64,000 nt of DNA. It comes from a virus. Lineage: Duplodnaviria > Caudoviricetes. This document shows positions 52,791 through 61,994 of this stretch, piece after piece (the first letter of the stretch is position 1; each line of letters opens with the position of its first letter). Both the position numbers and the translations under genes were made by a program. The notes below the pieces were generated by a model. That model saw only the letters and a program-made list of their open reading frames with translations, was not told the origin of the DNA and did no database searches. The stretch is from IMG/VR virus record IMGVR_UViG_2974630626_000001, positions 7,021 to 71,020 of that record. One strand, given 5' to 3'.

Positions 52791-53174
52791 ATGACGAACA
52801 CTTACCCCGAACTGTTGCAGGAAATCGCCACGCTCGTGGTCCTGGAACAGCACACATGGCAGACGGAAGACGACCTGCAGAACTCCATAGCTGAATGCCT
52901 CAAGGCCGCCGGCCTAGACGTTACCCGCGAGGTGACCCTAGACGGTGGCCTTGGGCGTATCGACCTCATGATCGACGGCAAGGGCATTGGCATTGAGGTG
53001 AAGGTAAAGGGTTCGTGGCAGCAACTCACCCGTCAGGTCATGCGCTACTCACGCGCCCCCGAAATCAAAGCCCTGTTGGTGGCCACCACCAAGCCAGCGC
53101 ACGCCATGCACACCCCCGTGGCCGCCAACGGCGTGCCCATCCTTACCGTGGTCCTTGGCGGTGGCCTCTCGTGA
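52791..53174 (+). CDS. PD-(D/E)XK nuclease-like protein
   Basis: E..LQ...REV...GRIDLMI...IGIEVK...Q..RY. Confidence 0.75.
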   Translation: MTNTYPELLQEIATLVVLEQHTWQTEDDLQNSIAECLKAAGLDVTREVTLDGGLGRIDLMIDGKGIGIEVKVKGSWQQLTRQVMRYSRAPEIKALLVATTKPAHAMHTPVAANGVPILTVVLGGGLS

Positions 53175-54916
53175 CCGTCCAGCTTGAGCTACCCGCCGCC
53201 CCGCCACGCACCTATGGGACGTACTCCTACGAACTCGACGGCGGCCGCGGTAAATGGGTGCTGCGCATGGAACCCGCCGTGACCGTCCGGGCGAAGCGCA
53301 TCTTTGCCCGGGTCCGCTGGACCCACGCCGGGGTGATTGAGGTAGCCGACTCGCTGGACGTGACCCGTGACCTGGAATGGCTCATGGAACGGTGGCCCCT
53401 GGAACCAGCGAACCCGGAAGCCGCCGCGCACCTCTACCGGCAAGCCAACGCGCACCGCCGCCGTGAGGCCACCATCCACAAAGTGGTGACGGGCCAACGC
53501 CGTCTTGAGCTCCCGCGCGAGCCAGCGAAGAAACCCCGCGATTACCAGCTTGTGGCCGTGGACCTGCTCCGCTCCACGGGCCGGTTGCTGCTCACTGACT
53601 CCCGGGGCTTGGGTAAGACGTTCACCGGGCTGCTGAACGGCACCCATGAGGACGCCCTGCCCATGCTCGTGGTCCCTCCCGCGCACCTCCCGGGCCGGTG
53701 GGCGCATGAGGCAGCCGAGGCGTTCCCGTTCCTCAACTTCCAGATAGCGAAAAAGGGCACCCCACCAGAGAACTGGACCCCGGACGACATGCCCGACGTC
53801 ATGATCGTGCCCTATTCCAAGCTGGCCGGGTGGGCCAACCACTTGGCCGGGAACTTCAAGACCATCGTGTTTGACGAAGTGCAAGAACTCCGAACTGGCC
53901 GCTACACCCGCAAGGGCATGGCCGCCGCCGTCCTCTGCGAGGGTGCCAACTACCGGCTGGGACTGACCGCCACCCCGATTTACAACTACGGCGGCGAAAT
54001 CTGGAACATTCTGGACATTCTGGCGCCCGGGGAACTGGGAACCAGCGAGGAATTCAGCCGCGAATGGGGGTCTGCGTCCTACAACGGCAAGGTCAGGATC
54101 AAGGATCCCGCCGCCCTGGGTAACTACCTCCGCGAGGAAGGGCTAATGCTTGGCCGCAACAGGCGCGACGTTGGCCGCGAGCTACCGCCCCATGTGACCG
54201 TGAACGTGACCGTGGAAAGCGACCCGGAAGCACTCGAAAAGGTCAAGGGCGACGCCCAAGCCATGGCCAAGCTGATCCTGGCCGCCGACACGTCCAGTTG
54301 GGACCGCATGAAAGCCGCCGGCGACCTGGACTGGAAACTACGGGAAGCCACGGGCATTGGCAAAGCGCCCTACGTTGCCGAGTTCGTGCGCTTGCTGCTT
54401 GAGTCCGAAGACAAGATTGTGCTGTTTGGGTGGCACCGTGCCGTGTATGACATTTGGCAAGACCTCTTGGCCGAGTTCAACCCGGCCATGTATACCGGCA
54501 GCGAGTCAGCCACCCAAAAGGACGCCGCCGCCAAGGCATTCACCACTGACCCCGAATGCCGGGTACTGCTCATGTCGCTGCGTTCCGGGTCCGGCGTGGA
54601 CGGGCTGCAAGAGGTGTCCAAGGTGTGCGTGTTCGGGGAACTGGACTGGTCCCCACAAGTGCACTTGCAAGGCATCGGGCGTCTTGACCGTGACCCCGCA
54701 GACCCCACTGTCGACCTCACCCAAGTTGACCCCACCGTGGCCTATTACCTGACCACCGAGGACGGCAGCGACCCCGTGCTGGTGGAAACCCTTGGGATCA
54801 AACGTAATCAGTCCGAACCGATGCTGAACCCTGACGGGAAGCTCACGCCAACCGCCGCGCCGGACGCTGGCCGCGCTCGTGCCCTTGCAATGCAAATACT
54901 GGGAGAAACCAAATGA
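53171..54916 (+). CDS. SNF2-family helicase
   Basis: PRDYQ, DSRGLGKT, DEVQ, LTATP, SGSGVDGLQ, WSP..H.QGIGRLDR. Confidence 0.9.
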   Translation: MTVQLELPAAPPRTYGTYSYELDGGRGKWVLRMEPAVTVRAKRIFARVRWTHAGVIEVADSLDVTRDLEWLMERWPLEPANPEAAAHLYRQANAHRRREATIHKVVTGQRRLELPREPAKKPRDYQLVAVDLLRSTGRLLLTDSRGLGKTFTGLLNGTHEDALPMLVVPPAHLPGRWAHEAAEAFPFLNFQIAKKGTPPENWTPDDMPDVMIVPYSKLAGWANHLAGNFKTIVFDEVQELRTGRYTRKGMAAAVLCEGANYRLGLTATPIYNYGGEIWNILDILAPGELGTSEEFSREWGSASYNGKVRIKDPAALGNYLREEGLMLGRNRRDVGRELPPHVTVNVTVESDPEALEKVKGDAQAMAKLILAADTSSWDRMKAAGDLDWKLREATGIGKAPYVAEFVRLLLESEDKIVLFGWHRAVYDIWQDLLAEFNPAMYTGSESATQKDAAAKAFTTDPECRVLLMSLRSGSGVDGLQEVSKVCVFGELDWSPQVHLQGIGRLDRDPADPTVDLTQVDPTVAYYLTTEDGSDPVLVETLGIKRNQSEPMLNPDGKLTPTAAPDAGRARALAMQILGETK

Positions 54917-55125
54917 TCAAGCTCTTTCGCCGCCGCCGCTACGTCGTCCAGGCGTTCCACCCCTCCGACTATGGCCCCTTTGGGCAGGTCCGGTTCCATG
55001 AGCTCTACCAGGTGCAAGACCACATGTCCATGGTTCGCCGCAGCTACCCCCACACTGAGTTCCTGATTTACGACAGGGTAAACCGCTACACCGTGGGCGA
55101 CTACCCCGCCAAGAATGACCGCTGA
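54913..55125 (+). CDS. Hypothetical protein
   Basis: ATGA-coupled, 70 aa. Confidence 0.6.
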   Translation: MIKLFRRRRYVVQAFHPSDYGPFGQVRFHELYQVQDHMSMVRRSYPHTEFLIYDRVNRYTVGDYPAKNDR

Positions 55126-55474
55126 CACCTGGCCCCGGGACGCTGCCGGCAACATACGCATGGTGCTGTATGTTGCCGGTCCCATGTCCGGGCTACCAGA
55201 GTACAACCGCCCCAAATTCAACGAGGTAACCGAGGAATTACGACGGTGTGGTTACTACGTGTTAAATCCGGCACGGCAGCCGTTAGGTTTGGAATATAAC
55301 GACTACATGAGGCGTGGACTGTACGACGTTTCCCGGGCCGATGGGCTGGCAATGCTGCCCGGTTGGGAAGACTCGAACGGTGCACGCATCGAACACCGTT
55401 TAGCCCTCAAAATGGGGCTGGAATGCAGACCCCATGACGAATGGGAAAACCTCTACGAAAGGCCACAACTATGA
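55115..55474 (+). CDS. DUF4406 / nucleoside 2-deoxyribosyltransferase-like protein
   Basis: YVAGPMSG...N...F, VLNPA, MLPGWEDSNGARIE. Confidence 0.85.
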   Translation: MTADTWPRDAAGNIRMVLYVAGPMSGLPEYNRPKFNEVTEELRRCGYYVLNPARQPLGLEYNDYMRRGLYDVSRADGLAMLPGWEDSNGARIEHRLALKMGLECRPHDEWENLYERPQL

Positions 55475-56049
55475 GCAAGCCACTGGTTCAGTACGCCGAA
55501 TTCACCAACGGCAACAGGGCGCTGGCAATCGACGCGAAAGCCCCCAACGGCGTCCGCATCAAGATCAAATCCACCAAGTCCGGCAGCGCCCTTGGCGTGT
55601 TCCAGGTGCCCCACGCTGACCTCCCAGCGGTCATGTTTGAGCTCACGGGCGGCCACCCCACGGACAAGGAAGTGGACGACGCCCGGGAAATCGTGGACGG
55701 GTTCATTGACGAAACCAACACCCCGCAGAACGTCGCCGCCCTCACCCGTCGCCTGTTGCTGGCCCTCCACATCAACAATCAGGCCGTTGCGGCGGCAACC
55801 GCTGCCGGGGCGCCCATGGACCATGACGCCACTGGCTGCATGGGCTGCGCAATCACCGAGGAAGCCCCGGAAGTGCTGCAAGACCCGGACTATGACCCCA
55901 CCGCCACGGAACTGGATGGGCTGATTGACCCCAACGAGGTGCCGGACACTGACCCCAACATTGTGGCCGCGCTGGCACGGGAGAACGCACACTTGCGCCA
56001 AAAGCTGGCCGCCATTGAAGCCCTCACCAACCCGGAAGTGACGCTGTAA
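55471..56049 (+). CDS. Hypothetical protein
   Basis: SD GAAAGG; ATGA-coupled; 192 aa. Confidence 0.7.
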   Translation: MSKPLVQYAEFTNGNRALAIDAKAPNGVRIKIKSTKSGSALGVFQVPHADLPAVMFELTGGHPTDKEVDDAREIVDGFIDETNTPQNVAALTRRLLLALHINNQAVAAATAAGAPMDHDATGCMGCAITEEAPEVLQDPDYDPTATELDGLIDPNEVPDTDPNIVAALARENAHLRQKLAAIEALTNPEVTL

Positions 56050-56297
56050 TGCCAGTTGCAGGACGCCCCCAGCCCCTTGCCAAGCCCCGTGGGAACTGCA
56101 TCAACCCCGAATGCGCGCACCCCATCAAGTCAGGCGGCAACCTGACAGCCGAAACCGAGGGCATGCGCCGCGCCAACCGTGAGGGCGTGTGTTTTGTCTG
56201 CAAGAAAGCCGGATTTGGGGAATTCCAGTGGACCCCGGAACTGATGGACGAAACCATCCGGCACGCCATGGGGGAACTGTTCCATGATGTTGCATAA
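56049..56297 (+). CDS. Zn-binding small protein
   Basis: C...C...C..C; TAATG coupling. Confidence 0.65.
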   Translation: MPVAGRPQPLAKPRGNCINPECAHPIKSGGNLTAETEGMRRANREGVCFVCKKAGFGEFQWTPELMDETIRHAMGELFHDVA

Positions 56298-56694
56298 CCC
56301 CGCCCTCACCATCATGGTGACCATCCCCATGACCAAGGCGCTCAACATGAATAAGGGGATGCATTGGTCAAAAGAGAGTCCCATTATCAAAGAGCTACGC
56401 GAGCAAGGCGGCTGGCTCATGCGCGAAAAGCACAAGGGCCGGAATCCATACTTTGACCGCTGCCACGTCAACGCTTGGGTGTACTTCCCGGACGAATCCC
56501 GACGCCGGGACACCATGAATTGGCTACCCACAGCCAAAGCACTGCAAGACGGCTTTGTTGACGGGAAGCTTGCCCCGGACGATAACGAGCGGTTCGTAAT
56601 TGGCCCACACTTGTGGCCCACCTATGAGCTATCCGGCATCAAGGGCATGTTGAAGCTGAGGTTTGAAATCACCCACCTTGAGCCCATCCAATGA
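56284..56694 (+). CDS. rusA: RusA-like Holliday junction resolvase
   Basis: LNMN...HW, RRRDTMN..PTAKALQDG.V....PDD. Confidence 0.75.
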   Translation: MMLHNPALTIMVTIPMTKALNMNKGMHWSKESPIIKELREQGGWLMREKHKGRNPYFDRCHVNAWVYFPDESRRRDTMNWLPTAKALQDGFVDGKLAPDDNERFVIGPHLWPTYELSGIKGMLKLRFEITHLEPIQ

Positions 56695-56888
56695 GTGACC
56701 ACATAGCCGCTATCCGCGCTGACCTGGACCGCGAGCGTTTGCGCTTGCTGGAACAGGTCAGCGCGGAATGCCACCAGACCGAACACCCCCAGAACAGGGC
56801 AGAACGCGCCGCCGGCAACCACCGCGCGCGGATCCTTGTTCGCGAAAACGCAGCGTTCTACGCCCAAAGAAAGGCCAAAACCCCATGA
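56691..56888 (+). CDS. Hypothetical protein
   Basis: ATGA-coupled at both ends. Confidence 0.6.
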   Translation: MSDHIAAIRADLDRERLRLLEQVSAECHQTEHPQNRAERAAGNHRARILVRENAAFYAQRKAKTP

Positions 56889-57268
56889 GCATGCACTACA
56901 GCCGCCACCAGCGCCGCCACGACCGCAACAAAGGGCTGATGATTGGCACTTTCCTGCTCGTGGCCTTGGTGATTGTGGGCGTCGCCGCCGTCGTCCAGGG
57001 CGCGAGCAAGCAAACCCAGACATGCACCGTGGGCAGCAAGTACATGACCACCGACGTGCACGACGGCAAGAGTGTGCGCGTCTACCAGGTGGAAACCAAG
57101 GACTGTGGGGTGCTGCGGGTGGAGGACAACGCCCTGCAGGGTGTCTTCAACTCCGCTGACCTGTTCGCGGCCCTCAACGAGGGGCAGCGCTACCGCTTCA
57201 CCACAGTGGGGTGGCGGGTGCCGTTCCTCTCCGCATTCCCCACCATCGTGAAAGTGGAAAGTGCCTAA
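56885..57268 (+). CDS. Membrane-anchored beta-barrel (OB-fold-like) protein
   Basis: Single TM then CTV..K...Y.VET.DCGV..VED...GQRY.F...GWR.PF.S.FP.I. Confidence 0.75.
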   Translation: MSMHYSRHQRRHDRNKGLMIGTFLLVALVIVGVAAVVQGASKQTQTCTVGSKYMTTDVHDGKSVRVYQVETKDCGVLRVEDNALQGVFNSADLFAALNEGQRYRFTTVGWRVPFLSAFPTIVKVESA

Positions 57269-57722
57269 GCCCGGGCCGGTGGAACGATTCTGGGCGAAGG
57301 TAGACCAGCGCGAGGACCACGAGTGCTGGCCATGGCGTGCCGGTATCGCCAAGGAAACCGGGTACGGCATCTTTCACCCCGCCACGGACGTGACCAAGCT
57401 GGCCCACCGCTTCGCCTATGAGCTCGCGAACGGCCCCATACCGGCTGGCCTTGTCCTGGACCACACTTGCCACAACGAGGCCGTGTGCATCGGCAAGTGT
57501 GTGCACCGCGCCTGTGTGAACCCAGCCCACACGGTCCCCCGGACCAGGCAAGACAACACCAACTTGGCGCCGTTCGCCAACATCAAGAAAACCCATTGCC
57601 CACGAGGGCATGAGTACACCCCAGAGAACACTTACCGGGCACCGTCCCGGCCCAAGTCCCGGCGCTGCAAACGGTGCTGGAAGTATCACGGGCGGACAGC
57701 CCAACAGAAAGAGGCAGCATAG
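57261..57722 (+). CDS. HNH (His-Me finger) endonuclease
   Basis: RFWAKV..CWPW, GYG, AHR.AYEL, LDHTC...CVNPAH...[10 protein letters not shown]. Confidence 0.9.
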   Translation: MPKPGPVERFWAKVDQREDHECWPWRAGIAKETGYGIFHPATDVTKLAHRFAYELANGPIPAGLVLDHTCHNEAVCIGKCVHRACVNPAHTVPRTRQDNTNLAPFANIKKTHCPRGHEYTPENTYRAPSRPKSRRCKRCWKYHGRTAQQKEAA

Positions 57723-58264
57723 TGGCCGGCGAGACAACCATTACCGTTATCGGCAACCTGACCAATGACCCGGAATTGCGTTTTACCCCGTCCGGGTCCG
57801 CCGTCGCCAACTTCACGATTGCCAGCACTCCGCGGACGTTCGATAAGCAGTCCAATGAGTGGAAGGACGGGGAAACCCTCTTTCTGCGTGCGAGCATTTG
57901 GCGGGACGCTGCCGAGAACGTGGCCGAGTCCCTGACCAAGGGAATGCGCGTGATCGTGTCCGGGCGCCTCAAGTCCCGGAGCTACGAAACCAAAGAGGGC
58001 GAAAAGCGAACCGTCATAGAGCTTGAGGTGGACGAAATTGGCCCCTCTCTGAGGTACGCCCAAGCCAAGGTGAACAGGACCCAGCGCAACGGCGGCGGGT
58101 TCGGCGGCAACAACGCGTCACAAGGCGGGAACCAGGGCGGCGGCGGATACAATCAGGGGGGCGGTTTCGGTGGCGGTGCAAATTCCGCGCCGGCCGATGA
58201 TCCGTGGGCCACCCAGGCTAGCAATGGTTGGGCGAATGGCCCGGACAGTGAGCCGCCCTTTTAG
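57722..58264 (+). CDS. ssb: Single-stranded DNA-binding protein
   Basis: [30 protein letters not shown]; Gly-rich linker; acidic EPPF tail. Confidence 0.95.
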   Translation: MAGETTITVIGNLTNDPELRFTPSGSAVANFTIASTPRTFDKQSNEWKDGETLFLRASIWRDAAENVAESLTKGMRVIVSGRLKSRSYETKEGEKRTVIELEVDEIGPSLRYAQAKVNRTQRNGGGFGGNNASQGGNQGGGGYNQGGGFGGGANSAPADDPWATQASNGWANGPDSEPPF

Positions 58265-58411
58265 CTTCCAGTTGGTCCGGTTAGGTGCGTTTGGGTGCGA
58301 GCGGGAATAGTACACCGTGAGTTCTCCAAGATGATGTAGACGTTGCCAGCGATCCGGTTAGCCAACAGGTGTGGTGGAGGACGTAGGGCGTTACGTTGGA
58401 AGCCAAACGGG

Positions 58412-58446
58412 AAAGCCCCGGTGCACGCTCGCGCCGGGGCTTTTTT
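58412..58446 (+). terminator. Intrinsic terminator
   Basis: AAAGCCCCGGTGC/GCGCCGGGGCTTTTTT. Confidence 0.85.
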
Positions 58447-58468
58447 GTGCCCTCTTTTGGAAATGTGG

Positions 58469-58498
58469 TTGCACTTTCGTGTAGCGAGGTGCTACATT
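58469..58498 (+). promoter_or_regulatory. sigA-like promoter with palindromic operator
   Basis: TTGCAC-N18-TACATT; operator TGTAGCGAGGTGCTACA at 58480-58496; near twin of 24226-24255. Confidence 0.8.
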
Positions 58499-58538
58499 CT
58501 TTCTAACGCAGTAACCGCCACAGCAAAGGACCAGGATC

Positions 58539-59645
58539 ATGACTTACGAAGTGACCAACCGCGACGTTTACCAAGGCGCGACAATGACCAACACCGAGAC
58601 GGGCCACAGCATCAAGGCTGCCGACTATGTGACCATTGGCAAGTCCAAAAACGAGTGGTTCGTTAGCGCAGTGCTGCATAACGGCTTTGTGGAGCTTGAA
58701 CGCCAAGCCCCGGGACGCACACGCGGAATCACCCGCCGCCGCATGAACATTGACGCCCTTACTCGCGTCTCTGACGCCCCCGCCGCCGCTGAGGAAGCCG
58801 CGCCCTCTGCGGAACGCTTGCGCTACCTCTATGACCTCATTCAGTCCCGTTCGGGCAAGTCCGTGGACGCTACCCCCGCCGAGTGGGAGGCATTGAAGAC
58901 GTTCAACCCGAACGCTGAGGAATCGGACGACTTCACCCCTTGCAACGGCGCTGGCCTTGCGTGCACGAACCCCCGCCACGCCCATGAGGCTGGGGACGAA
59001 GACGACCGCACCACTGACGGCGCGCTGCTTTGCCGCGAGTGTGGCGCACCCGCCCATTGGGATGAAGCTGGGGATTACCAGCATGACGACCCCGCCGCGC
59101 CGGGTTGCTTCCTGATCCCCGCCAAAACGGATGGGTGGCCCACTGCCGCTGATCTTGTGGCCCTCATGCGCAACCTGATTGACAGCGGCGAGGCTGTGGA
59201 CGCTGAGGACGCCGCAGAGTGCGCCGACGAGTTGTTCCCGGAAGTCCCGGACGGCGACGCCGAACGCGCGGCATTCCACGCCCGGGCGGAAGCAATCATG
59301 AATGAGGCTTTGGCGGCCATGCGGGAGGCATCGGTGGACACCCCCACGGCCTTGCTGCACCCCAAGCTTGACGTGTTCGACGTGAAGGCCGCCAAAGAGG
59401 GCACCAGCGAGGTGCTGGAAGTGATCACGGTCAAGGGTGATATCAACCGGGCGCGTTCGGTAGCCGCCATGCTGGGTTGCAAGCATGGGTTCGGGCCACT
59501 GCACATTGACTACCAAACCAGCACCCTGGAATGGCACGCCGGGAACGGCGGCGGCGTTGAGATTGAGGACATGGACCCGGACGACCCCTACCAGTGGGGG
59601 CCGTGGGTCCGTGAAATTGCCTACGAAATGGAACTGAGGGACTGA
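58539..59645 (+). CDS. Acidic multidomain early protein (368 aa)
   Basis: SD AAAGGA/AGGA; single-gene unit between a promoter and a terminator; central Cys/His cluster. Confidence 0.8.
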   Translation: MTYEVTNRDVYQGATMTNTETGHSIKAADYVTIGKSKNEWFVSAVLHNGFVELERQAPGRTRGITRRRMNIDALTRVSDAPAAAEEAAPSAERLRYLYDLIQSRSGKSVDATPAEWEALKTFNPNAEESDDFTPCNGAGLACTNPRHAHEAGDEDDRTTDGALLCRECGAPAHWDEAGDYQHDDPAAPGCFLIPAKTDGWPTAADLVALMRNLIDSGEAVDAEDAAECADELFPEVPDGDAERAAFHARAEAIMNEALAAMREASVDTPTALLHPKLDVFDVKAAKEGTSEVLEVITVKGDINRARSVAAMLGCKHGFGPLHIDYQTSTLEWHAGNGGGVEIEDMDPDDPYQWGPWVREIAYEMELRD

Positions 59646-59671
59646 ATCAAGTACCCGTCAAGTAAGCAGAT

Positions 59672-59696
59672 AGCCACCCTACGGGGTGGCTTTTTT
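59672..59696 (+). terminator. Intrinsic terminator
   Basis: AGCCACCC-TACG-GGGTGGCT followed by a T-run. Confidence 0.85.
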
Positions 59697-59708
59697 GCTG
59701 CCCGGGGA

Positions 59709-59734
59709 AAAACAAGCACGCACCACCACAGAAT
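59709..59734 (+). promoter_or_regulatory. Middle-type promoter, leaderless geometry
   Basis: AAAACAAGCACG-N8-CAGAAT-N6-ATG(59741). Confidence 0.8.
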
Positions 59735-59740
59735 TGGGTT

Positions 59741-59977
59741 ATGAACGCTTACGAGTACAAGACCGTCAAGGTGCCGAGGTCAGGCAAGGCGCGCACCAAG
59801 GCGCTGAATGCCTACGGCGCGCAAGGCTGGGAACTCACGAACACCACCGACGCGTGGCAACACACTGTCACCGTGTCTTTGCGGCGTCCGCTGGCGGCTG
59901 AGGCCGTCGTGAAGCCGAAACCGCCAAGCTTGCTTGGTCTGATCTTCCAAGCACTCGCAAACCGCACCGCCAAGTAA
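59741..59977 (+). CDS. DUF4177-like small protein
   Basis: YEYKTV...LNAYGAQGWEL. Confidence 0.7.
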   Translation: MNAYEYKTVKVPRSGKARTKALNAYGAQGWELTNTTDAWQHTVTVSLRRPLAAEAVVKPKPPSLLGLIFQALANRTAK

Positions 59978-59988
59978 AGGAACCCACT

Positions 59989-61095
59989 TTGAAGCTCACT
60001 ATTGATTCCAGCGCATTGAACGAGTCCGTGGCGTTCGCTGCCCGGGCCGTGAACCCACGCCATGCCCAGCCGATCCTCACGGGCATTTGGCTGGAAGCTA
60101 CGGGCGGTGTCCTGACCGTCCGGGGGTTCGATCAGGTCAACTCGAATGCCGTCCAGGTGGCCGCCGATATTGAGGAAGACGGCACCGCGCTGCTGCCGGG
60201 TGCCGTGCTGGCCAATATCCTCAAGACCTTGCCGAACAGCAAGCCCCTGGACCTCAGCATTGACGACAGGGCCACGTTGAAGGTGGGGCGCGCGAAGTTC
60301 TCGACCCAGAAAATGGACGCTTCGCAGTATCCGCAAATGCCGGGGCTGCCCAAGCGTCTGGGGTCCGTGGACAGCAACCTATTCGCGGGGGCCGTCGCCC
60401 AGGTCCAGCACGCTGCCGGGAAGAACACCACCCCGCCCGTGTTGAATGGCATCAAGGTGGAGCTCAGGGGCAACGTGTTGAGCCTATTGGCCACTGACCG
60501 CTACCGCATGGCCTACGCCGAATTGCCGATTGACCGATACGAGGACAGTCAGGACGACATGGACTTCCTTGTGGCCCCGGAGGTGCTGACCGGCGCCGCC
60601 CGGGCGAACAGCGGCAAGCTGGACGTGTTGGGTTCGGACCAGCGCATGGGCTTTGTGTCCGCCACGAGGGCCACCACGTCCAACGTCATGGGCGGGGACT
60701 TCCCTAACGTCCGGGCACTGTTCCCGTCCGCTGCGCAGCTTGTCTATGAGTGCACCGTCGACACCGCGGACCTGTTGTCCGCCGTCACGCGCGCCGCCGT
60801 CGTCATTGAGGGGCAAGACCCGGTTCGTTTGAACTTCCGTCAGGGCGAGGTTGTGGTGGACGCCGGCGGGTTGGATTCCAACGCGGGTGAGGAAGCGCTG
60901 GAAGCGTTCCACACATTCGAGGAAGACCAAGCGGTTGGGTTCAATGCGGCGTTCCTTGCCGAGGCGTTGCGCGCCCTGACCGCCGATCAGGTGGTGTTCG
61001 GATTCCAGGGCGGGGTAAACGTCAGGCCGGTGCTGATCCGGGAAAAGGGCGGCACGTTCAACCAGCAACTCATTATGCCTATTCGCCTCACGTAG
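59989..61095 (+). CDS. dnaN: DNA polymerase III beta sliding clamp homologue
   Basis: PILTGI, LLATDRYRMA, GDFPNV, VGFNAAFLAEAL, QQLIMPIRL; 368 aa; SD AAAGGAA with TTG start. Confidence 0.9.
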   Translation: MKLTIDSSALNESVAFAARAVNPRHAQPILTGIWLEATGGVLTVRGFDQVNSNAVQVAADIEEDGTALLPGAVLANILKTLPNSKPLDLSIDDRATLKVGRAKFSTQKMDASQYPQMPGLPKRLGSVDSNLFAGAVAQVQHAAGKNTTPPVLNGIKVELRGNVLSLLATDRYRMAYAELPIDRYEDSQDDMDFLVAPEVLTGAARANSGKLDVLGSDQRMGFVSATRATTSNVMGGDFPNVRALFPSAAQLVYECTVDTADLLSAVTRAAVVIEGQDPVRLNFRQGEVVVDAGGLDSNAGEEALEAFHTFEEDQAVGFNAAFLAEALRALTADQVVFGFQGGVNVRPVLIREKGGTFNQQLIMPIRLT

Positions 61096-61139
61096 TGCTG
61101 TGTTAATCTAAAGCTCTCCTTTCGAGTGGGGTTGCTGGG

Positions 61140-61171
61140 AAAAGCCCGGGTCTGAGTCGCCCGGGCTTTTT
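61140..61171 (+). terminator. Intrinsic terminator
   Basis: AAAAGCCCGGG/CCCGGGCTTTTT. Confidence 0.85.
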
Positions 61172-61179
61172 CGCGCCCA

Positions 61180-61205
61180 AAAACAGGCACGGCCACCCAT
61201 ACGGT
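61180..61205 (+). promoter_or_regulatory. Middle-type promoter (leadered)
   Basis: AAAACAGGCACG-N8-TACGGT. Confidence 0.8.
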
Positions 61206-61233
61206 TGGGAATGTAACCAACGAAAGGCTAGAC

Positions 61234-61650
61234 ATGATCCCCGTAGATCAGGACATTTTGCACACCGAGGAAACGGTGGGTAACTGCTGGCAAGCGTGCG
61301 TTGCGTCGCTGCTGGACTTGCCCCTTGACCAGGTGCCCCATTTCATCCTGCATGAGGACTGGTGGGAGGCCACCAAAGCGTTCGTTGCCGTGCACAAGCC
61401 CGGGTGGACCATGGAGCACTACGACGTCACGTTCCCGGTCTACGTCCCCCATGACCACGAGGGTGCCCCGCAGCACGTCATTGGGTCCGGCCAATCACCC
61501 CGGGGCGACTTCCTGCATGCGGCCATTGTGTCCGCCGTGACAGGCGAGCTTGTGCACGACCCGCACCCTTCCCGGGCCGGGTTCGCCGGGGACATGGACA
61601 GCATGTTCGTGCTGATCCCCAAGCCCGAAACCGTGGAGGCTGCCAAGTGA
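61234..61650 (+). CDS. Hypothetical protein (GNCWQACVASLL family)
   Basis: SD GAAAGG; G.SPRG...HA....HDPHPSR.G. Confidence 0.8.
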   Translation: MIPVDQDILHTEETVGNCWQACVASLLDLPLDQVPHFILHEDWWEATKAFVAVHKPGWTMEHYDVTFPVYVPHDHEGAPQHVIGSGQSPRGDFLHAAIVSAVTGELVHDPHPSRAGFAGDMDSMFVLIPKPETVEAAK

Positions 61651-61994
61651 GCTACGACATTGACGCGCAAGTACCGGCGCGCGAGGGCTGCTGTGCATGC
61701 CACGGCAGCGAATGGGTGGAGTTGGGGAACATGACCAGCAACGTTGCCCCGCTGTGGCGCCACGCAGCCCCGCAGACCGATGGGCTGGCCGATATCGACG
61801 GCAAGACGGGGGGCGAGGTGGCCGCGTATCTGCGCACGTCCCTGGAACACATGAAAGCCCACCGGGCAGAGTATGAGCCGCTGGTGCGCGGCGGCGGCTC
61901 GTGGGGCACCTACGAACACGCGGTGGAGTACATGACCACGGTGGTGGAGTTTGCCGAGGCGAACCCCGCCGCGCGGTTCCGTGTTGGCCGGTAA
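61647..61994 (+). CDS. Hypothetical protein
   Basis: GTGA-coupled; NMTSNV..LW...WGTYE. Confidence 0.75.
   Translation: MSYDIDAQVPAREGCCACHGSEWVELGNMTSNVAPLWRHAAPQTDGLADIDGKTGGEVAAYLRTSLEHMKAHRAEYEPLVRGGGSWGTYEHAVEYMTTVVEFAEANPAARFRVGR

Noticed and set aside
58265-58410. Small minus-strand ORF or ncRNA after ssb
   Set aside because: Only short frames without an SD, and no convincing fold beyond the terminator.
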